The notes: generated from the sequence alone by a model not told the origin. DNA of 64,000 nucleotides from an uncultured Gammaproteobacteria bacterium (GCA_964507055.1 CAZDOJ010000001.1:13210-77209); one strand, 5' to 3'. Positions 29,136 through 39,899 are shown, counted from the first letter of the stretch. A program made the numbers and translations.

Positions 29136-32129
29136 ATGAATAGAAAAGAGGCGCGGGCTTATTTCCGAGATCTTGGAAAAGAGACTCGTATCGATGATGC
29201 AAATGCACGCAGTACCCGGCGTGAATATCTAGCTGGTGAACGTGAGAGTGAAGCTTTTCTAGAAGCACAATCTGTAGTTCGTAAACATGCTACTCGTATT
29301 GGATCAGCTAGAAAATACTTTAGAGATCTAGGTCGAGAATTGCGTGGAATCGATGGCACTTTTCGTAAAGAATATTTAGCTGAAGAAAAAACTACAGAAG
29401 CATATCGAGATGCTCGTAGTATACTTCGCACAGATGCTCAGGAAAAGCATGCTTCCAGATCTGAAGGTGAAGGTCGACCAATCCCTGAAAGAATAGTTAG
29501 AGCTGCAGAACAAACTCCACAAGCTACAGTTACCTCAGATGAAATTGCCGTTCCTATGGATCATAGAGAAGCAATTGATCAGAATCCATCAACAGAAACA
29601 GCCAATCAAGAAACTATTCGGTGGGCATACTCCGTTATTGACGGTTATCGGGCAGCAATTCCTGAAAAAGGTACGAGAAAAGTTAAAACTGAAGCTGCAA
29701 ATGCGTATGTTCGAGAGCAACTGGTTGAGGTTATCCACGATCCTAATAAATTAGAAACAGCATTTGGTATCTGGAAAGCAAACTCAGATGAATCATCATT
29801 CTATCGAAGTGCCAAAGAAAAACTTCCAAGTGTTGTTGGGCGACATTGGGATGAGATCTCACCAAAGATTCTTGGTGAAACCGTAACGAAATATGCCCGT
29901 AACGGATATGTTGCCCAAGAATTTGAAGAATACCTCAAAGGATATTTTGAAGGGCCAAAAACAACGGAAGACAGGGTTGAAGCGTATTATCGATACTGCG
30001 ATGCAGCTCTTGATCTAGCGAATGATCCAGAATCTGTGCGAAAAGCTGTTGAAATTGGAAATTTTGAAACAGATATCATGTCCAGAAGGGGAGAAATGTT
30101 TCAAGATGTCATGTTGATTAATTTTATGGGTGTATATGATCCTCCACTTCGTCAAAAAGCAAGTACAGCTGTAAAATTAGTTATGACGAGTCTAACTCGA
30201 CTTGTAGGATTTGATCGCGATGAAGTGATGCGAAAACATCTAACAGCAATTGAAGCTATGCAGGGTGATCCAAAGTTTAACCATAAAAGACGACATATAC
30301 AAAGACTTTCAGTAAAGGGAAATATGGTAGGTTTTAAAGAGCTTTATGGAGAAGAGATCCCGACGATGGGTAAAGTATTTGGTAATTCAACTGGTTTACC
30401 AACAGATATTTATAGACAAATTATGCATGGCAATACAGATCTTGAAGCAGTCGAAGACCTTGCAGGTGGGCAAGAAGAATGGCTACGAGATCCGCTGGGG
30501 AAAAAGGTTTATGATAAGGTCCTGGGAAGATCTTCTATGGCTGCACATAAGATATATATTGCTGGTGAAATAAACGCAAGTGGTGAAGATGTCGTCTTCT
30601 TAACAAGACAAGTGGACGGAGTCATGTTGGAAGTGGGAATTCCAGCGTCACTCGCAGGTAGTCGAGATGCTATTTTAGAAGCATGCTCAGCTAGTACAGA
30701 AAATATTGCGATGGTAAAAGATGAAGGACTTCCTTTTGTTCCTGTAGAAGGTTTTCATTATGATAATAAACTTATCTATGCTACATATCGAAAAATAGAT
30801 GAAGCAGAAAATACCAACAGACATCCATTGGAAATGCTCAATAATATTGGCTTTCCAGATGTCGCATCTGAAGATTTGGAAGCTGATAATGCTGCACTTG
30901 CGACGCAAATTGTAAATGAACAACGACGATTCTTGAATACAAGAGGATTTAGTATACCTCTTACCCATCCGGCTTTAGCAGATAGAGGATACCAGAATTT
31001 TACTTTCAAGAAAAATCCTGATGACAATCGTGTGACTGATCTTACGATTAAGGTAAGAAATACTGAGATTAAAGTTCGTCTTGATCAGGATTTCCGTTTT
31101 GATTTAGAAGGGATGGAATGCGATGTTCCACAAAGAGAATCGATCCATAATATTATCTTAACAGTCCTTTATCCTGCTCTTTGTGGATTAAGTGCCAAAG
31201 ATCATGATGGCAACGAAACTGATCTTTCGAGAATTTTCCAAACTCGAGTTGGGTATATTGGTTATCTTGGTTCAGGACGAAACTTCACTGATAAAAAGGC
31301 AGAAGAGTTTTTCTCTGTAGAAGGTCGAGACTTATCCACGGTATCAGAACAAAGAAAAAGTATTGATCCGACGGGACAATCGAGAAACTCTAGTTATTGG
31401 GCACCAGTTGAATCTGATGATCCAAATCTTCCACCGGTGCGTTTAAATATTGGCTTGCCTGCAGATAAATTTAAAACCATTGCTCCTGAGGCTGAACAGG
31501 CTGCTTTGGAAGCTGCTACGACAGCGGCATTAGCAAATATTGTTTTTGAGGGGGAAGTTAATGAAAGTACTCCGAGAAGAGAATATGTAAGTCCTTTTGG
31601 TGCAAATGTTATTCCTGATGTGGAAAGACGAGAAATAGAAACAACATTTAAAAGTAATGTGGAAGTTTCTATTAGGAGAGGTGCACGATTAGAAGCAAAC
31701 TTGCATCAGCTAGAATTACAGCAAGCAGAAGATGTAAGTATGATTGACAACTATCCAGAGTTCCATAAAAAGAGAGGTGAACTTGAGAAGGCAATAGAAA
31801 AAAGACATACAAAGATTTTAGAAATGACTACTTCATTAAAAGAGAATAGGGATCTACTAGAGGGTGTGGCAGAGTTATGGACAGACTATCCAGAATTAGC
31901 ATATCTAGAAGGACGCGAGGAAATAAGTGTCACTGAGAAAGCCTTGCTAGTTGCAGCTGCAGATGAATCCAGAACTGCAGCAAATTGGCAGCAAGAAACT
32001 ACTGTTTTTGATGGTACAACTGCTCCAACTTTAGAATCTGATACAACAGAAACTTTTGAAGAAACGAATGGACATATTGATTGGACAGGTGAAGGTGACG
32101 ATCATTCTGGTCCAAATCAAACTCTATAA
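29136..32129 (+). CDS. Tag-bearing island protein 3. It is a large (997 aa) hypothetical protein with an N-terminal tandem 45-aa repeat.
   Basis: It ends 'GHIDWTGEGDDHSGPNQTL'. The N-terminal duplicated unit reads 'ARAYFRDLGKETRIDD...REYLAGERESEAF' and then 'ARKYFRDLGRELRGIDGTFRKEYLAEEKTTEAY'. A TATAAT box lies 8 nt before the ATG. Confidence 0.6.
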   Translation: MNRKEARAYFRDLGKETRIDDANARSTRREYLAGERESEAFLEAQSVVRKHATRIGSARKYFRDLGRELRGIDGTFRKEYLAEEKTTEAYRDARSILRTDAQEKHASRSEGEGRPIPERIVRAAEQTPQATVTSDEIAVPMDHREAIDQNPSTETANQETIRWAYSVIDGYRAAIPEKGTRKVKTEAANAYVREQLVEVIHDPNKLETAFGIWKANSDESSFYRSAKEKLPSVVGRHWDEISPKILGETVTKYARNGYVAQEFEEYLKGYFEGPKTTEDRVEAYYRYCDAALDLANDPESVRKAVEIGNFETDIMSRRGEMFQDVMLINFMGVYDPPLRQKASTAVKLVMTSLTRLVGFDRDEVMRKHLTAIEAMQGDPKFNHKRRHIQRLSVKGNMVGFKELYGEEIPTMGKVFGNSTGLPTDIYRQIMHGNTDLEAVEDLAGGQEEWLRDPLGKKVYDKVLGRSSMAAHKIYIAGEINASGEDVVFLTRQVDGVMLEVGIPASLAGSRDAILEACSASTENIAMVKDEGLPFVPVEGFHYDNKLIYATYRKIDEAENTNRHPLEMLNNIGFPDVASEDLEADNAALATQIVNEQRRFLNTRGFSIPLTHPALADRGYQNFTFKKNPDDNRVTDLTIKVRNTEIKVRLDQDFRFDLEGMECDVPQRESIHNIILTVLYPALCGLSAKDHDGNETDLSRIFQTRVGYIGYLGSGRNFTDKKAEEFFSVEGRDLSTVSEQRKSIDPTGQSRNSSYWAPVESDDPNLPPVRLNIGLPADKFKTIAPEAEQAALEAATTAALANIVFEGEVNESTPRREYVSPFGANVIPDVERREIETTFKSNVEVSIRRGARLEANLHQLELQQAEDVSMIDNYPEFHKKRGELEKAIEKRHTKILEMTTSLKENRDLLEGVAELWTDYPELAYLEGREEISVTEKALLVAAADESRTAANWQQETTVFDGTTAPTLESDTTETFEETNGHIDWTGEGDDHSGPNQTL

Positions 32130-32170
32130 AACTTATAGCAAGGAAAGCATGAGTTTGATATACTTTCACT

Positions 32171-33298
32171 ATGTCAAATCCTGAAAATAGACGGTCAGTA
32201 GAAGTAACAGAACGAACAGCACTTCATTCAGCATTTGCCGCAGCTGCACGAATTCATACCATGGGAGAATCTACTATAGAGAACGCCGGCTTATATCCTT
32301 CTTCGCGGATAGGAAAAAATCGACTTCGCCTCAGACCTGCTCTCGAAATAAGTGCTTCTGAAAAACCAGGAGATCCTCTTTCTCAAACAATTCTCATAAC
32401 ACGTAACGCACGAAAAGGTGAACAAACCATAGGTATTTCTATGAGTCCAGATGGAATAAGAAAATCATTTTTCAAATTGTATGATGAACCCGATTTTGAT
32501 GCGTACAAAGCACGTGCAGACCTCGATAGAGAAGACGCACTTTTTCAAAGAAGTGCAGGTTTGGACCTAATGAGTGATGCAGAAGTCCTTGCAAACATTC
32601 GTGAATTGCGAGGCATTATGGGAAGGGAATGGCCTGCCGATGTGGAGCTTCCAGACAATGAAGGTTCAAAATCTCTTCCAACCCCGGAAACTATTTCGCT
32701 CTTTCAGACTGTCACTTCTGAATTAGCATCACAGCGTCAGACGACACAAACCACTTGGTATGACGGAGGCAAACAATATTTGCTTACAACAATCGAAGAG
32801 AAGGGGAAGGGACCTGTTGAAGTTGTGCTTACACAGCTTGAAAGAGATCTTGATTCGACTTCAGATGAAAAAGTTGTACATACCTGGGAATTTCTCGGAA
32901 AGAAGAATAGATTTTCCTCTATATCTGGGGAATGGGAAGACGATTTAGCTTCGACTAGTAGCATAGAAGGTGATGAATATCATATTCAAGAAGAGATGAG
33001 AGAAAAACAGGGACTTTTTCGTGGTGTTTTTGGAGTAGACAAATTTAAAGCAAGTGAAGCTGAGGTTCAACTTGGATTAACGATATTAGAGCGAAGAGCT
33101 CAAGAGGCTGATCAAGCATTGCAGCAAGCCTTTGATGCGATGAGTGAACCGATACCAGAAAGAGAAGAAGGAGATCCAAATCCAGGCGGAACTCCAACGA
33201 TCGTTTTTGAAGCATCAGATGAAACATTAGAGGGCAAAAATGGAGATATCGATTGGAATGGTGAAGATGACCCTGAGGGTCCGCAAAAGTCGTTGTAG
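32171..33298 (+). CDS. Tag-bearing island protein 4 (family B-related).
   Basis: It ends 'GDIDWNGEDDPEGPQKSL'. It shares the 'G.EWP...LPD' motif ('RGIMGREWPADVELPDNEG') with proteins 6 and 8. Confidence 0.6.
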   Translation: MSNPENRRSVEVTERTALHSAFAAAARIHTMGESTIENAGLYPSSRIGKNRLRLRPALEISASEKPGDPLSQTILITRNARKGEQTIGISMSPDGIRKSFFKLYDEPDFDAYKARADLDREDALFQRSAGLDLMSDAEVLANIRELRGIMGREWPADVELPDNEGSKSLPTPETISLFQTVTSELASQRQTTQTTWYDGGKQYLLTTIEEKGKGPVEVVLTQLERDLDSTSDEKVVHTWEFLGKKNRFSSISGEWEDDLASTSSIEGDEYHIQEEMREKQGLFRGVFGVDKFKASEAEVQLGLTILERRAQEADQALQQAFDAMSEPIPEREEGDPNPGGTPTIVFEASDETLEGKNGDIDWNGEDDPEGPQKSL

Positions 33299-33346
33299 AT
33301 GATTTAGCCCATTGCGATAATCCAATCATGTCTTTATAATGCCCCT

Positions 33347-33679
33347 ATGGTTGAGTCAAGAAGAAGGAGTGAACCGCCTCAAAGAAGAGGTCCATGGCAA
33401 GAGCGTGCTGGCAATATATTGCGATCGGCACGAAATAAATTTTCTGGGGATGTTGGACGCCTAGAGCAGTGCCTCGTTCCTATAAATGATCCCATAACGC
33501 CTGAACCAAAGAATGTCTCCGGTCCAAGTGGATGTCTCATCGATAATTCAGGTAAAACTTCCGAAAGAACTCCACCTCCAGATCTGGGGATATCGATTTG
33601 GGAACAACCACTATCACAGGTTTTTAATATCTTTGATGGTAGCAATGATGGCCAGAGCGGTCCCAGAAGATCTTTATAA
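33347..33679 (+). CDS. Tag-bearing island protein 5 (a small 110-aa protein with a degenerate tag).
   Basis: It ends 'NIFDGSNDGQSGPRRSL' (Trp is missing). It starts 'MVES' from the conserved 'TATAAT-N7-ATGGTTGAG' arrangement. Confidence 0.5.
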   Translation: MVESRRRSEPPQRRGPWQERAGNILRSARNKFSGDVGRLEQCLVPINDPITPEPKNVSGPSGCLIDNSGKTSERTPPPDLGISIWEQPLSQVFNIFDGSNDGQSGPRRSL

Positions 33680-33754
33680 TAGGACATACAGTTTGGTATT
33701 TATAAGTATTTGAGGCAATAGCATATTTTATATTGACATGATATACTCCCAGCT

Positions 33755-35056
33755 ATGTTTAAAGAGAGAGAAAATCGCTTAACCTCAACAAACAAAAAAA
33801 CTCCAATCCGAGATCGAATCGCTTCTCGCGTAGAACAAGCAGTTGATCAAGTAAGGGCAAAAAGAGATTCTCTTGTAGATAGTGCAGTCGTATTTGCTCA
33901 CACATCTCTTGTCGTGGGGGCAGTTACAAAGAATATGCTTCTTCATTCGGATGTTCCTGGTCAAGAGCCTGAACATCGTGAAAAAAAGGAAGTTTCTGAT
34001 ATCGAAAAAGCAATGCAGTTTGCTGAGATAATTCAGGGTCATGAAGTAACTACACGCTATGCAACTGGAACATATCCATTTATCTCTGCTCGTAAAGGAG
34101 CACCGCGTACAGAAATACAATTTGAGGAAAATTCATATGAGAATCATCCGCCGACATTTAGAATAGGGATTCAATTTGAAAAACATAATGGTCATATGCA
34201 GGCAATAGGTGGCATGCGTATCAGAGAAGATGAAGGTGGACAAGTACGAGAGAGTGGAGATTTATCATTACTCTTTGGCAGAGAAGAGGATCCTTCAAAT
34301 CCACCGCCATATATATACCAAGGTTCTGGACTTGAGCGAGAATTAGAATGGATAGCAGCAGATGAATTTAGAACAAGTGCAGGGCATGATATTATGGGGG
34401 AATTCGAAGTTGTAGCAGCACTTAAAAAAACTCAGGAAGGAATGGGAGATGCCTGGCCTCAAGAATTTGTATTACCTGAAGAATCAGAAGAGTTAGGTTC
34501 AACGTCTACTAGCACATTAGATACATTTAAAGCACTTACAAGGACTTTGTCAGCTAAGAATATTGTGATTCATACTTCCTGGGACGAGGACAACATATCT
34601 TACTCACTCAGTACTCATACTTCAACAGAGAACCCCTCAAAAGTTGTAATCAGAAAAACTATTAAAACATTAACTGATGATGGAGTTATCCTCAATGAAA
34701 GTGAAGGTTTAGAAATGGAAGATGGGAATGCTCCAATACTGTCTCAACATAAAAATTATGATACAATCTCCCTTCTTCGCGTGAGAGATCAAGAAGTCAG
34801 GGCTCGCTTGGAAGCAGAGAATGAACTCTACTACGAAGACATAAAGTCACTTATTGATAATGGAGGCTCGGTTGCAGATGCGTCAGCTGTTGCTCGTTTC
34901 CTTGCTCTTCTTGAAACGAAAGTACGCGATATCCAGACAGAGCGGCAAGCGATGCGTATTCTATTTCAACCTGGTTCTTTGGAAGCTGAGAATGAAGGCA
35001 TTGATTGGAATGGAGATACTGATCCCGACCAAGACGGTCCACCTAGGACCCTGTAA
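33755..35056 (+). CDS. Tag-bearing island protein 6 (family B).
   Basis: It ends 'EGIDWNGDTDPDQDGPPRTL'. Its N-terminus 'PIRDRIASRVEQAVDQVRAKRDSLVDSAVVFAHTSLVVGAVTKNMLLHSD' is paralogous to protein 8. It also has 'GMGDAWPQEFVLPEESEE'. Confidence 0.65.
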   Translation: MFKERENRLTSTNKKTPIRDRIASRVEQAVDQVRAKRDSLVDSAVVFAHTSLVVGAVTKNMLLHSDVPGQEPEHREKKEVSDIEKAMQFAEIIQGHEVTTRYATGTYPFISARKGAPRTEIQFEENSYENHPPTFRIGIQFEKHNGHMQAIGGMRIREDEGGQVRESGDLSLLFGREEDPSNPPPYIYQGSGLERELEWIAADEFRTSAGHDIMGEFEVVAALKKTQEGMGDAWPQEFVLPEESEELGSTSTSTLDTFKALTRTLSAKNIVIHTSWDEDNISYSLSTHTSTENPSKVVIRKTIKTLTDDGVILNESEGLEMEDGNAPILSQHKNYDTISLLRVRDQEVRARLEAENELYYEDIKSLIDNGGSVADASAVARFLALLETKVRDIQTERQAMRILFQPGSLEAENEGIDWNGDTDPDQDGPPRTL

Positions 35057-35115
35057 CTTCTAAATATTTCTCCTCACCTTGAAGCTGCGTACGCATAGTG
35101 TTATACTTGTCGTTT

Positions 35116-36297
35116 ATGCGACAAGAGAGAGAACCCTATAACCAACAAGACCCAAAAGCTCGAGCTGGAGGCATCCTTGAAGGTCTACCGCGAAGACGTG
35201 ATGGGCAATCTATTGGCGATTATGTCGTGAATCGTTTGCAAAGGATAGATGATGATGGCACAAGATCTAAGACAATTACTGCACTACATCGTATGGCTGC
35301 AGGTGCTCCAATAAGTTCTCCAAATCAACAAGTCGTAGTTGAAAATGTACTTGGTGTTACGATGGCAATTACTGACTATGGCGTAGATCCTGAGGTTGAT
35401 AAACAGTTACCCAAAGTGATTCAAGTAATGGGGAAAAAGCATGTAGAGATTGTCTCTCGTGAAGAAATCACTGAAAAGACTCATCGCTTACAAGAGGCTG
35501 GTCATGATATTGACCAGATGTATGGACAATGGCTTGGAATTTCGGTGTTGGAACAAGCTCCAAATCCAGATGTCGTGAGTCATACAGGTTTTACATTGCA
35601 TGATATTCATGAAGGACTTGATGCTGAACGTAGGGCTGAGAGTTATATTAAAGATGAAACAAGCCGACGCTTAGATGCTGACGCAATTCCAGGTCAAACA
35701 TATCTTATATTTTCTCTTGATGCAAGTAATAATTTTGGTGAATCACGCAAGAAAGATATAGAAAGTGAAGTGAGTGAAGAACTCGAACCAGGGCGTGCTA
35801 TTAGGCTTATTGCTCTTTATGACAATATATCCCAACTTGTTTCACAGCATCCAACAGTTATTGCAAGAGCACTTATGGAGCAGGTACTTACAGATGAGCA
35901 ACGCAAAATCGTTCTTGAAAAAAGAGCAGCAATTCTTAAAGCAAAAGAAATAACAGATGACATGCATTTACATGATCAGACAATTGAAGATTTTGCACAA
36001 GAGTATACCTTGGATGAGGTTGCAAGTATAAGTGCAGCTGGAGGTTATCGTTTGGAGCTTGTTAAAGCACTTTGCGATACCAGTGGTATAACAAACACAA
36101 GGAACGATTCCTTCGATTTATTACGTGATGCAATGAATAAAGCAGCTTTGGTGATAACTTTTGATGGGAAAAGTATTGGGATTGTTGATCCAGAAGAAAG
36201 ACCATCTCTTGATACGGATCAATCGCTGGGTGAGATTGATCCATTCATTGATTGGGATTCTGATGATGGAATGGATGGCCCACGAAGATCTCTCTAA
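35116..36297 (+). CDS. Tag-bearing island protein 7.
   Basis: It ends 'DPFIDWDSDDGMDGPRRSL'. The start was moved from the ORF-track GTG, which lies inside the 'TGTTATACT' box, to the ATG 7 nt downstream of that box. Confidence 0.6.
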   Translation: MRQEREPYNQQDPKARAGGILEGLPRRRDGQSIGDYVVNRLQRIDDDGTRSKTITALHRMAAGAPISSPNQQVVVENVLGVTMAITDYGVDPEVDKQLPKVIQVMGKKHVEIVSREEITEKTHRLQEAGHDIDQMYGQWLGISVLEQAPNPDVVSHTGFTLHDIHEGLDAERRAESYIKDETSRRLDADAIPGQTYLIFSLDASNNFGESRKKDIESEVSEELEPGRAIRLIALYDNISQLVSQHPTVIARALMEQVLTDEQRKIVLEKRAAILKAKEITDDMHLHDQTIEDFAQEYTLDEVASISAAGGYRLELVKALCDTSGITNTRNDSFDLLRDAMNKAALVITFDGKSIGIVDPEERPSLDTDQSLGEIDPFIDWDSDDGMDGPRRSL

Positions 36298-36347
36298 ACT
36301 ATCCCGTAGTAGCCAATTGAATTCAGATTTGTTACAATACACCGATT

Positions 36348-37661
36348 ATGTCAAGACCCGAGCAAGAATCACAAGGTTTAGAACGGAAAAGACCAATAAG
36401 AGACCGTCTTAAAAATACGGTTTCAGGAATTGCGGAAAAAGGAAGAGGTTTGAAAGATTATGCTGTCGTATTTTCGCGTACAGCTCTTACTGTAGGTTTG
36501 CTTACACGCCACACATTACTTCATAGTTCTGATCGTCCTGATGGCGGATCAGAAAAGCGACCAGAAGCTTTATCCTACGCAGACCAAGCCAGACTATTAG
36601 CCGAACAAATTCACGCAAATGATCCTGTAATGACAGAATCGAATTTGGCATTCTATCCAGCAGCAGCTGTTACTGACGGTGATTATCAAATTGGTGTATC
36701 ATTCTATTCTGAGCCTTCTGCAGAAGAGGATTCAGGATCAATTTCTGTGACAATTGCTTTGGGAGCAGATCGTCCTTTGCCAGAGCGTGAATTACGATTT
36801 GATCCAGATGGAAGGTTAGAATTAGTTAATCATGGGGAATTACGAGATGCTTTAAATCGAAGAGATGAATCTGCAGAATTACAAACAGATTCTCTAACCG
36901 GAGAAGTGACACTTGAAGTTCCAGATGATGTCGATGATGCAGCTTTTCGTGAATACGCAGCAGCGTCTTCAGATAGGATACTCACCAATAATGAAGCACT
37001 CGTATATTTAGGATTTATAAAAGAACAAGTAGGCGATCGGTGGCCAGAAGATTTGGTATTACCTGATGTAACCGAGGATGGAGATTTTCCTGAAGCAATT
37101 GATGATACAAAAAGGCTGTTTACTCGAATTGCTGCTCGATTAGCGGCTCCACGTCCCGAATCAGCTGATGATCCACTATCGCCTAAGTTTGAACGAGTAA
37201 GAACAACCGAATGGATTATCTCTGAAGGCCATCGAGCAGTTCTTGATACACATACGAATGGGAATGGTGAGGTCGACGAAGTTCACCTAAAAACATATGA
37301 GAATGTTCCTACAGAATTTGGTTTTAGCTACGATGAAAGAAAGAAAGTGACTCTTCGGCCAGGAGACACAGAATATGAAGAATCAGTATATGTACATCCT
37401 GCTGACGTCTTTCATCTTACTGAAGCAAATCGAGAAGTGGCAATGGAATTAATGCAGTCATCAAGAAGAATTAGAAATCGAGAAGAACATGATCCTGCTA
37501 CAACGACTCAAATCGGGGAAGTATTTACAGTATTACAGTCCAAAGTTACGAGTTTGCGTGAACAACCTCGTCTTGATGACAATATTGATATAGAAGAACA
37601 AAATGGACATATTGATTGGGATGGACCAGATGATGATAGTGGTCCAAGAAGATCTTTGTAA
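36348..37661 (+). CDS. Tag-bearing island protein 8 (family B).
   Basis: It ends 'GHIDWDGPDDDSGPRRSL'. Its N-terminus 'PIRDRLKNTVSGIAEKGRGLKDYAVVFSRTALTVGLLTRHTLLHSS' is paralogous to protein 6. It also has 'QVGDRWPEDLVLPDVTEDG'. A 'TGTTACAAT' box lies 9 nt before the ATG. Confidence 0.65.
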   Translation: MSRPEQESQGLERKRPIRDRLKNTVSGIAEKGRGLKDYAVVFSRTALTVGLLTRHTLLHSSDRPDGGSEKRPEALSYADQARLLAEQIHANDPVMTESNLAFYPAAAVTDGDYQIGVSFYSEPSAEEDSGSISVTIALGADRPLPERELRFDPDGRLELVNHGELRDALNRRDESAELQTDSLTGEVTLEVPDDVDDAAFREYAAASSDRILTNNEALVYLGFIKEQVGDRWPEDLVLPDVTEDGDFPEAIDDTKRLFTRIAARLAAPRPESADDPLSPKFERVRTTEWIISEGHRAVLDTHTNGNGEVDEVHLKTYENVPTEFGFSYDERKKVTLRPGDTEYEESVYVHPADVFHLTEANREVAMELMQSSRRIRNREEHDPATTTQIGEVFTVLQSKVTSLREQPRLDDNIDIEEQNGHIDWDGPDDDSGPRRSL

Positions 37662-37666
37662 TATAA

Positions 37667-38845
37667 ATGAATACTCCAGAAAATCCACGATATAAAGGAC
37701 CTGATAGATCAGGGAAAGTTGAGAGAGCTCCCCATGTTGAAACACCATTTCAAGAAGCAGTGCGTTTGGCTACAGCACTACATCGTGCAGATCCGAATCG
37801 TATCTATCAAGGATTTGGGAGGTATGACGTATTTTCAGACACGCCTGGTGTTTCAGGTGTACATGAGGTGCATGTGGATCCTTTGGATGTAGATCAGAAA
37901 GGGACGCATGGGTTCGTCTTTCCTTTCGATGAAGAAGTTGAAGGAGAACAAGTTGTCGGATCTGTACGATTTTTTATCAAAGATGGGTTGATGCATGCTG
38001 ATCCTACAAAGATTTGGGAAGCAAATGCTATGCGTGCATTAGACGAGGAGTTCGGACCCGATCATGTGGATGAGTTGGGTTTTCCTGAGCAATCTGGTGC
38101 TTCAGAGAGGTTTGTTGCGGAATCTCAAGTCCTTGCATCTGTTCAAGCGGAATGGGAGAACCATTTTCAAACAGCCGCGAGTGCACTTGCCCTTGGCTCA
38201 GTTCGAGAAGTATTAAATCAGATAAAAGCCACGTATAGTGAATTGCTTCCAAAAGAATTAGGTTTTGATGATATAGATGTATCCGCTCTCGATTATGATA
38301 GCGTCATAGCTCATGTAGGTCTAGCAGCTGAACACCTTGTGATATCAACGATACATTATAGCGAATGGCACGATGGACAAAATACCTATAATCTTACAAC
38401 GGAAAAAGATAAAACTGGAGCAGTGACAGATATTAGCTTCAAACACGCACACCGAATGGCGGATGATATGGCGGTCACGCATACTATTCGTGATTGGACA
38501 TTTACTGCTGATGGAGAATATTGTGCTGGATCGTATCAACAATTAGCTCCTTTTGCGGAGTATCTTGAAGATCCTGCTCAACTCCAAATGGTTTCGGCTC
38601 ACAACAAAACGCAGATGGACGAGCGAATCCGAGAAGCAGATCTTGGTGAAGATATTGCTGACACGCTACAAATACAAGCAGGAATTGATTTGCTGAAAGA
38701 TCCAAAACATTTTAAAATTCTCCAACCAGTACTTAATAAAGGAGATGTACTTTTTCCCGAAGAAGAATCCTTAGATCAGCGGCATGAACAGATTGATTGG
38801 AGTGGAGAGGATGATCAAGATATTGGTCCACATAGATCGTTATAA
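37667..38845 (+). CDS. Tag-bearing island protein 9.
   Basis: It ends 'EQIDWSGEDDQDIGPHRSL'. The ATG lies only 5 nt after the upstream stop. Confidence 0.6.
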   Translation: MNTPENPRYKGPDRSGKVERAPHVETPFQEAVRLATALHRADPNRIYQGFGRYDVFSDTPGVSGVHEVHVDPLDVDQKGTHGFVFPFDEEVEGEQVVGSVRFFIKDGLMHADPTKIWEANAMRALDEEFGPDHVDELGFPEQSGASERFVAESQVLASVQAEWENHFQTAASALALGSVREVLNQIKATYSELLPKELGFDDIDVSALDYDSVIAHVGLAAEHLVISTIHYSEWHDGQNTYNLTTEKDKTGAVTDISFKHAHRMADDMAVTHTIRDWTFTADGEYCAGSYQQLAPFAEYLEDPAQLQMVSAHNKTQMDERIREADLGEDIADTLQIQAGIDLLKDPKHFKILQPVLNKGDVLFPEEESLDQRHEQIDWSGEDDQDIGPHRSL

Positions 38846-38846
38846 T

Positions 38847-39899
38847 ATGGTAGAAGCATACAGAAATAATAAGGAGCGTAATAAAAAACCTTTCACTATG
38901 GTACTTCTTGATCACGGTGCTGCTCGTCCTTCCGAAATAGCAGTTTGGAAAAATCATATTGTGACCCTTCTCAATAGAGATCCTTCTCATCATGGGAAAA
39001 TAGTAGTCTTCACAGAAAATGCTGCCGGCACAATCAGCAACGCTAATCGTGTGCAAAATAAAATTCGTAACGGGAAACTACCTACAAAAGCTTCCATTGA
39101 AGCAGGCCTTGAAGAGATTGCCGCAGCTGGAAGAATATTAAATGTTCCTGAAGCAGAAGCACACGCTATCGCACAAGAGGGACTTGAAGAAGGATTTGAT
39201 GGTGCAATTTTTCCCATACTTGATGATCTTCACCGGGAGCATGGAGAAAGAGTCGTTTGGATAGATGAAGCACATCCTTTATCAACGCATGAGAAAGGTA
39301 TAGCCTTCTTGGATACTGGATTTTTTATAGATCCTCCTTACGGGACGACTTCTCAATCCGAAATTGCTGATTGGTATCGTGAGAATTTTCGAAAAAACTC
39401 AGAATTTGATAGAGAGCGAGAAAATAATATAAGCCAAGCTTTGGCTGAACAGCTCGATGATCCCAATATTATTGGTGGCGTCGGGGTGATGGGATATTTC
39501 CATACCCGCGTTGTTCATAATTTGGCACGAAATGGCTATGCGGCTCGCAATGTTTTTCCAGAAAGAGAAGGAAGAAACTTTCACTTTAGTCCTAATACCT
39601 ATCTGCATAGAATGATTCATTTCTTTCCAGATCGTCAAATTACCGATGCAGATGTCCAAGATGCTTTAAGTGTAGGTCAATATACTGGGACTTTACTAAG
39701 AAGTGAAGGACGTGATCCTGCGACATTGAGTATTCAAGAAAGAAACAAAGTAGGCAATGAAATTTTGCATATCAGAGGGAAAGCACGTCAACGAGAGCTT
39801 CAGATATTTGATTCATCAGAAGCACTTGGAGATCATAATGATGAAATTGATTGGGCTGGGAATGATGAGCCTGATGAGGGACCTAAAAGGTCTCTTTAA
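38847..39899 (+). CDS. Tag-bearing island protein 10 (family A, 'VVFTENA'/'GWVGAxHTG' family).
   Basis: It ends 'DEIDWAGNDEPDEGPKRSL'. The start was set at the 'ATGGTAGAA' (MVEA...) conserved among family starts, 1 nt after the upstream stop (TAAtATG). The family motifs 'KKPFTMVLLDHG', 'GKIVVFTENAAG' and 'GGVGVMGYFHTRVVHNLARNGY' are present. Confidence 0.6.
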   Translation: MVEAYRNNKERNKKPFTMVLLDHGAARPSEIAVWKNHIVTLLNRDPSHHGKIVVFTENAAGTISNANRVQNKIRNGKLPTKASIEAGLEEIAAAGRILNVPEAEAHAIAQEGLEEGFDGAIFPILDDLHREHGERVVWIDEAHPLSTHEKGIAFLDTGFFIDPPYGTTSQSEIADWYRENFRKNSEFDRERENNISQALAEQLDDPNIIGGVGVMGYFHTRVVHNLARNGYAARNVFPEREGRNFHFSPNTYLHRMIHFFPDRQITDADVQDALSVGQYTGTLLRSEGRDPATLSIQERNKVGNEILHIRGKARQRELQIFDSSEALGDHNDEIDWAGNDEPDEGPKRSL

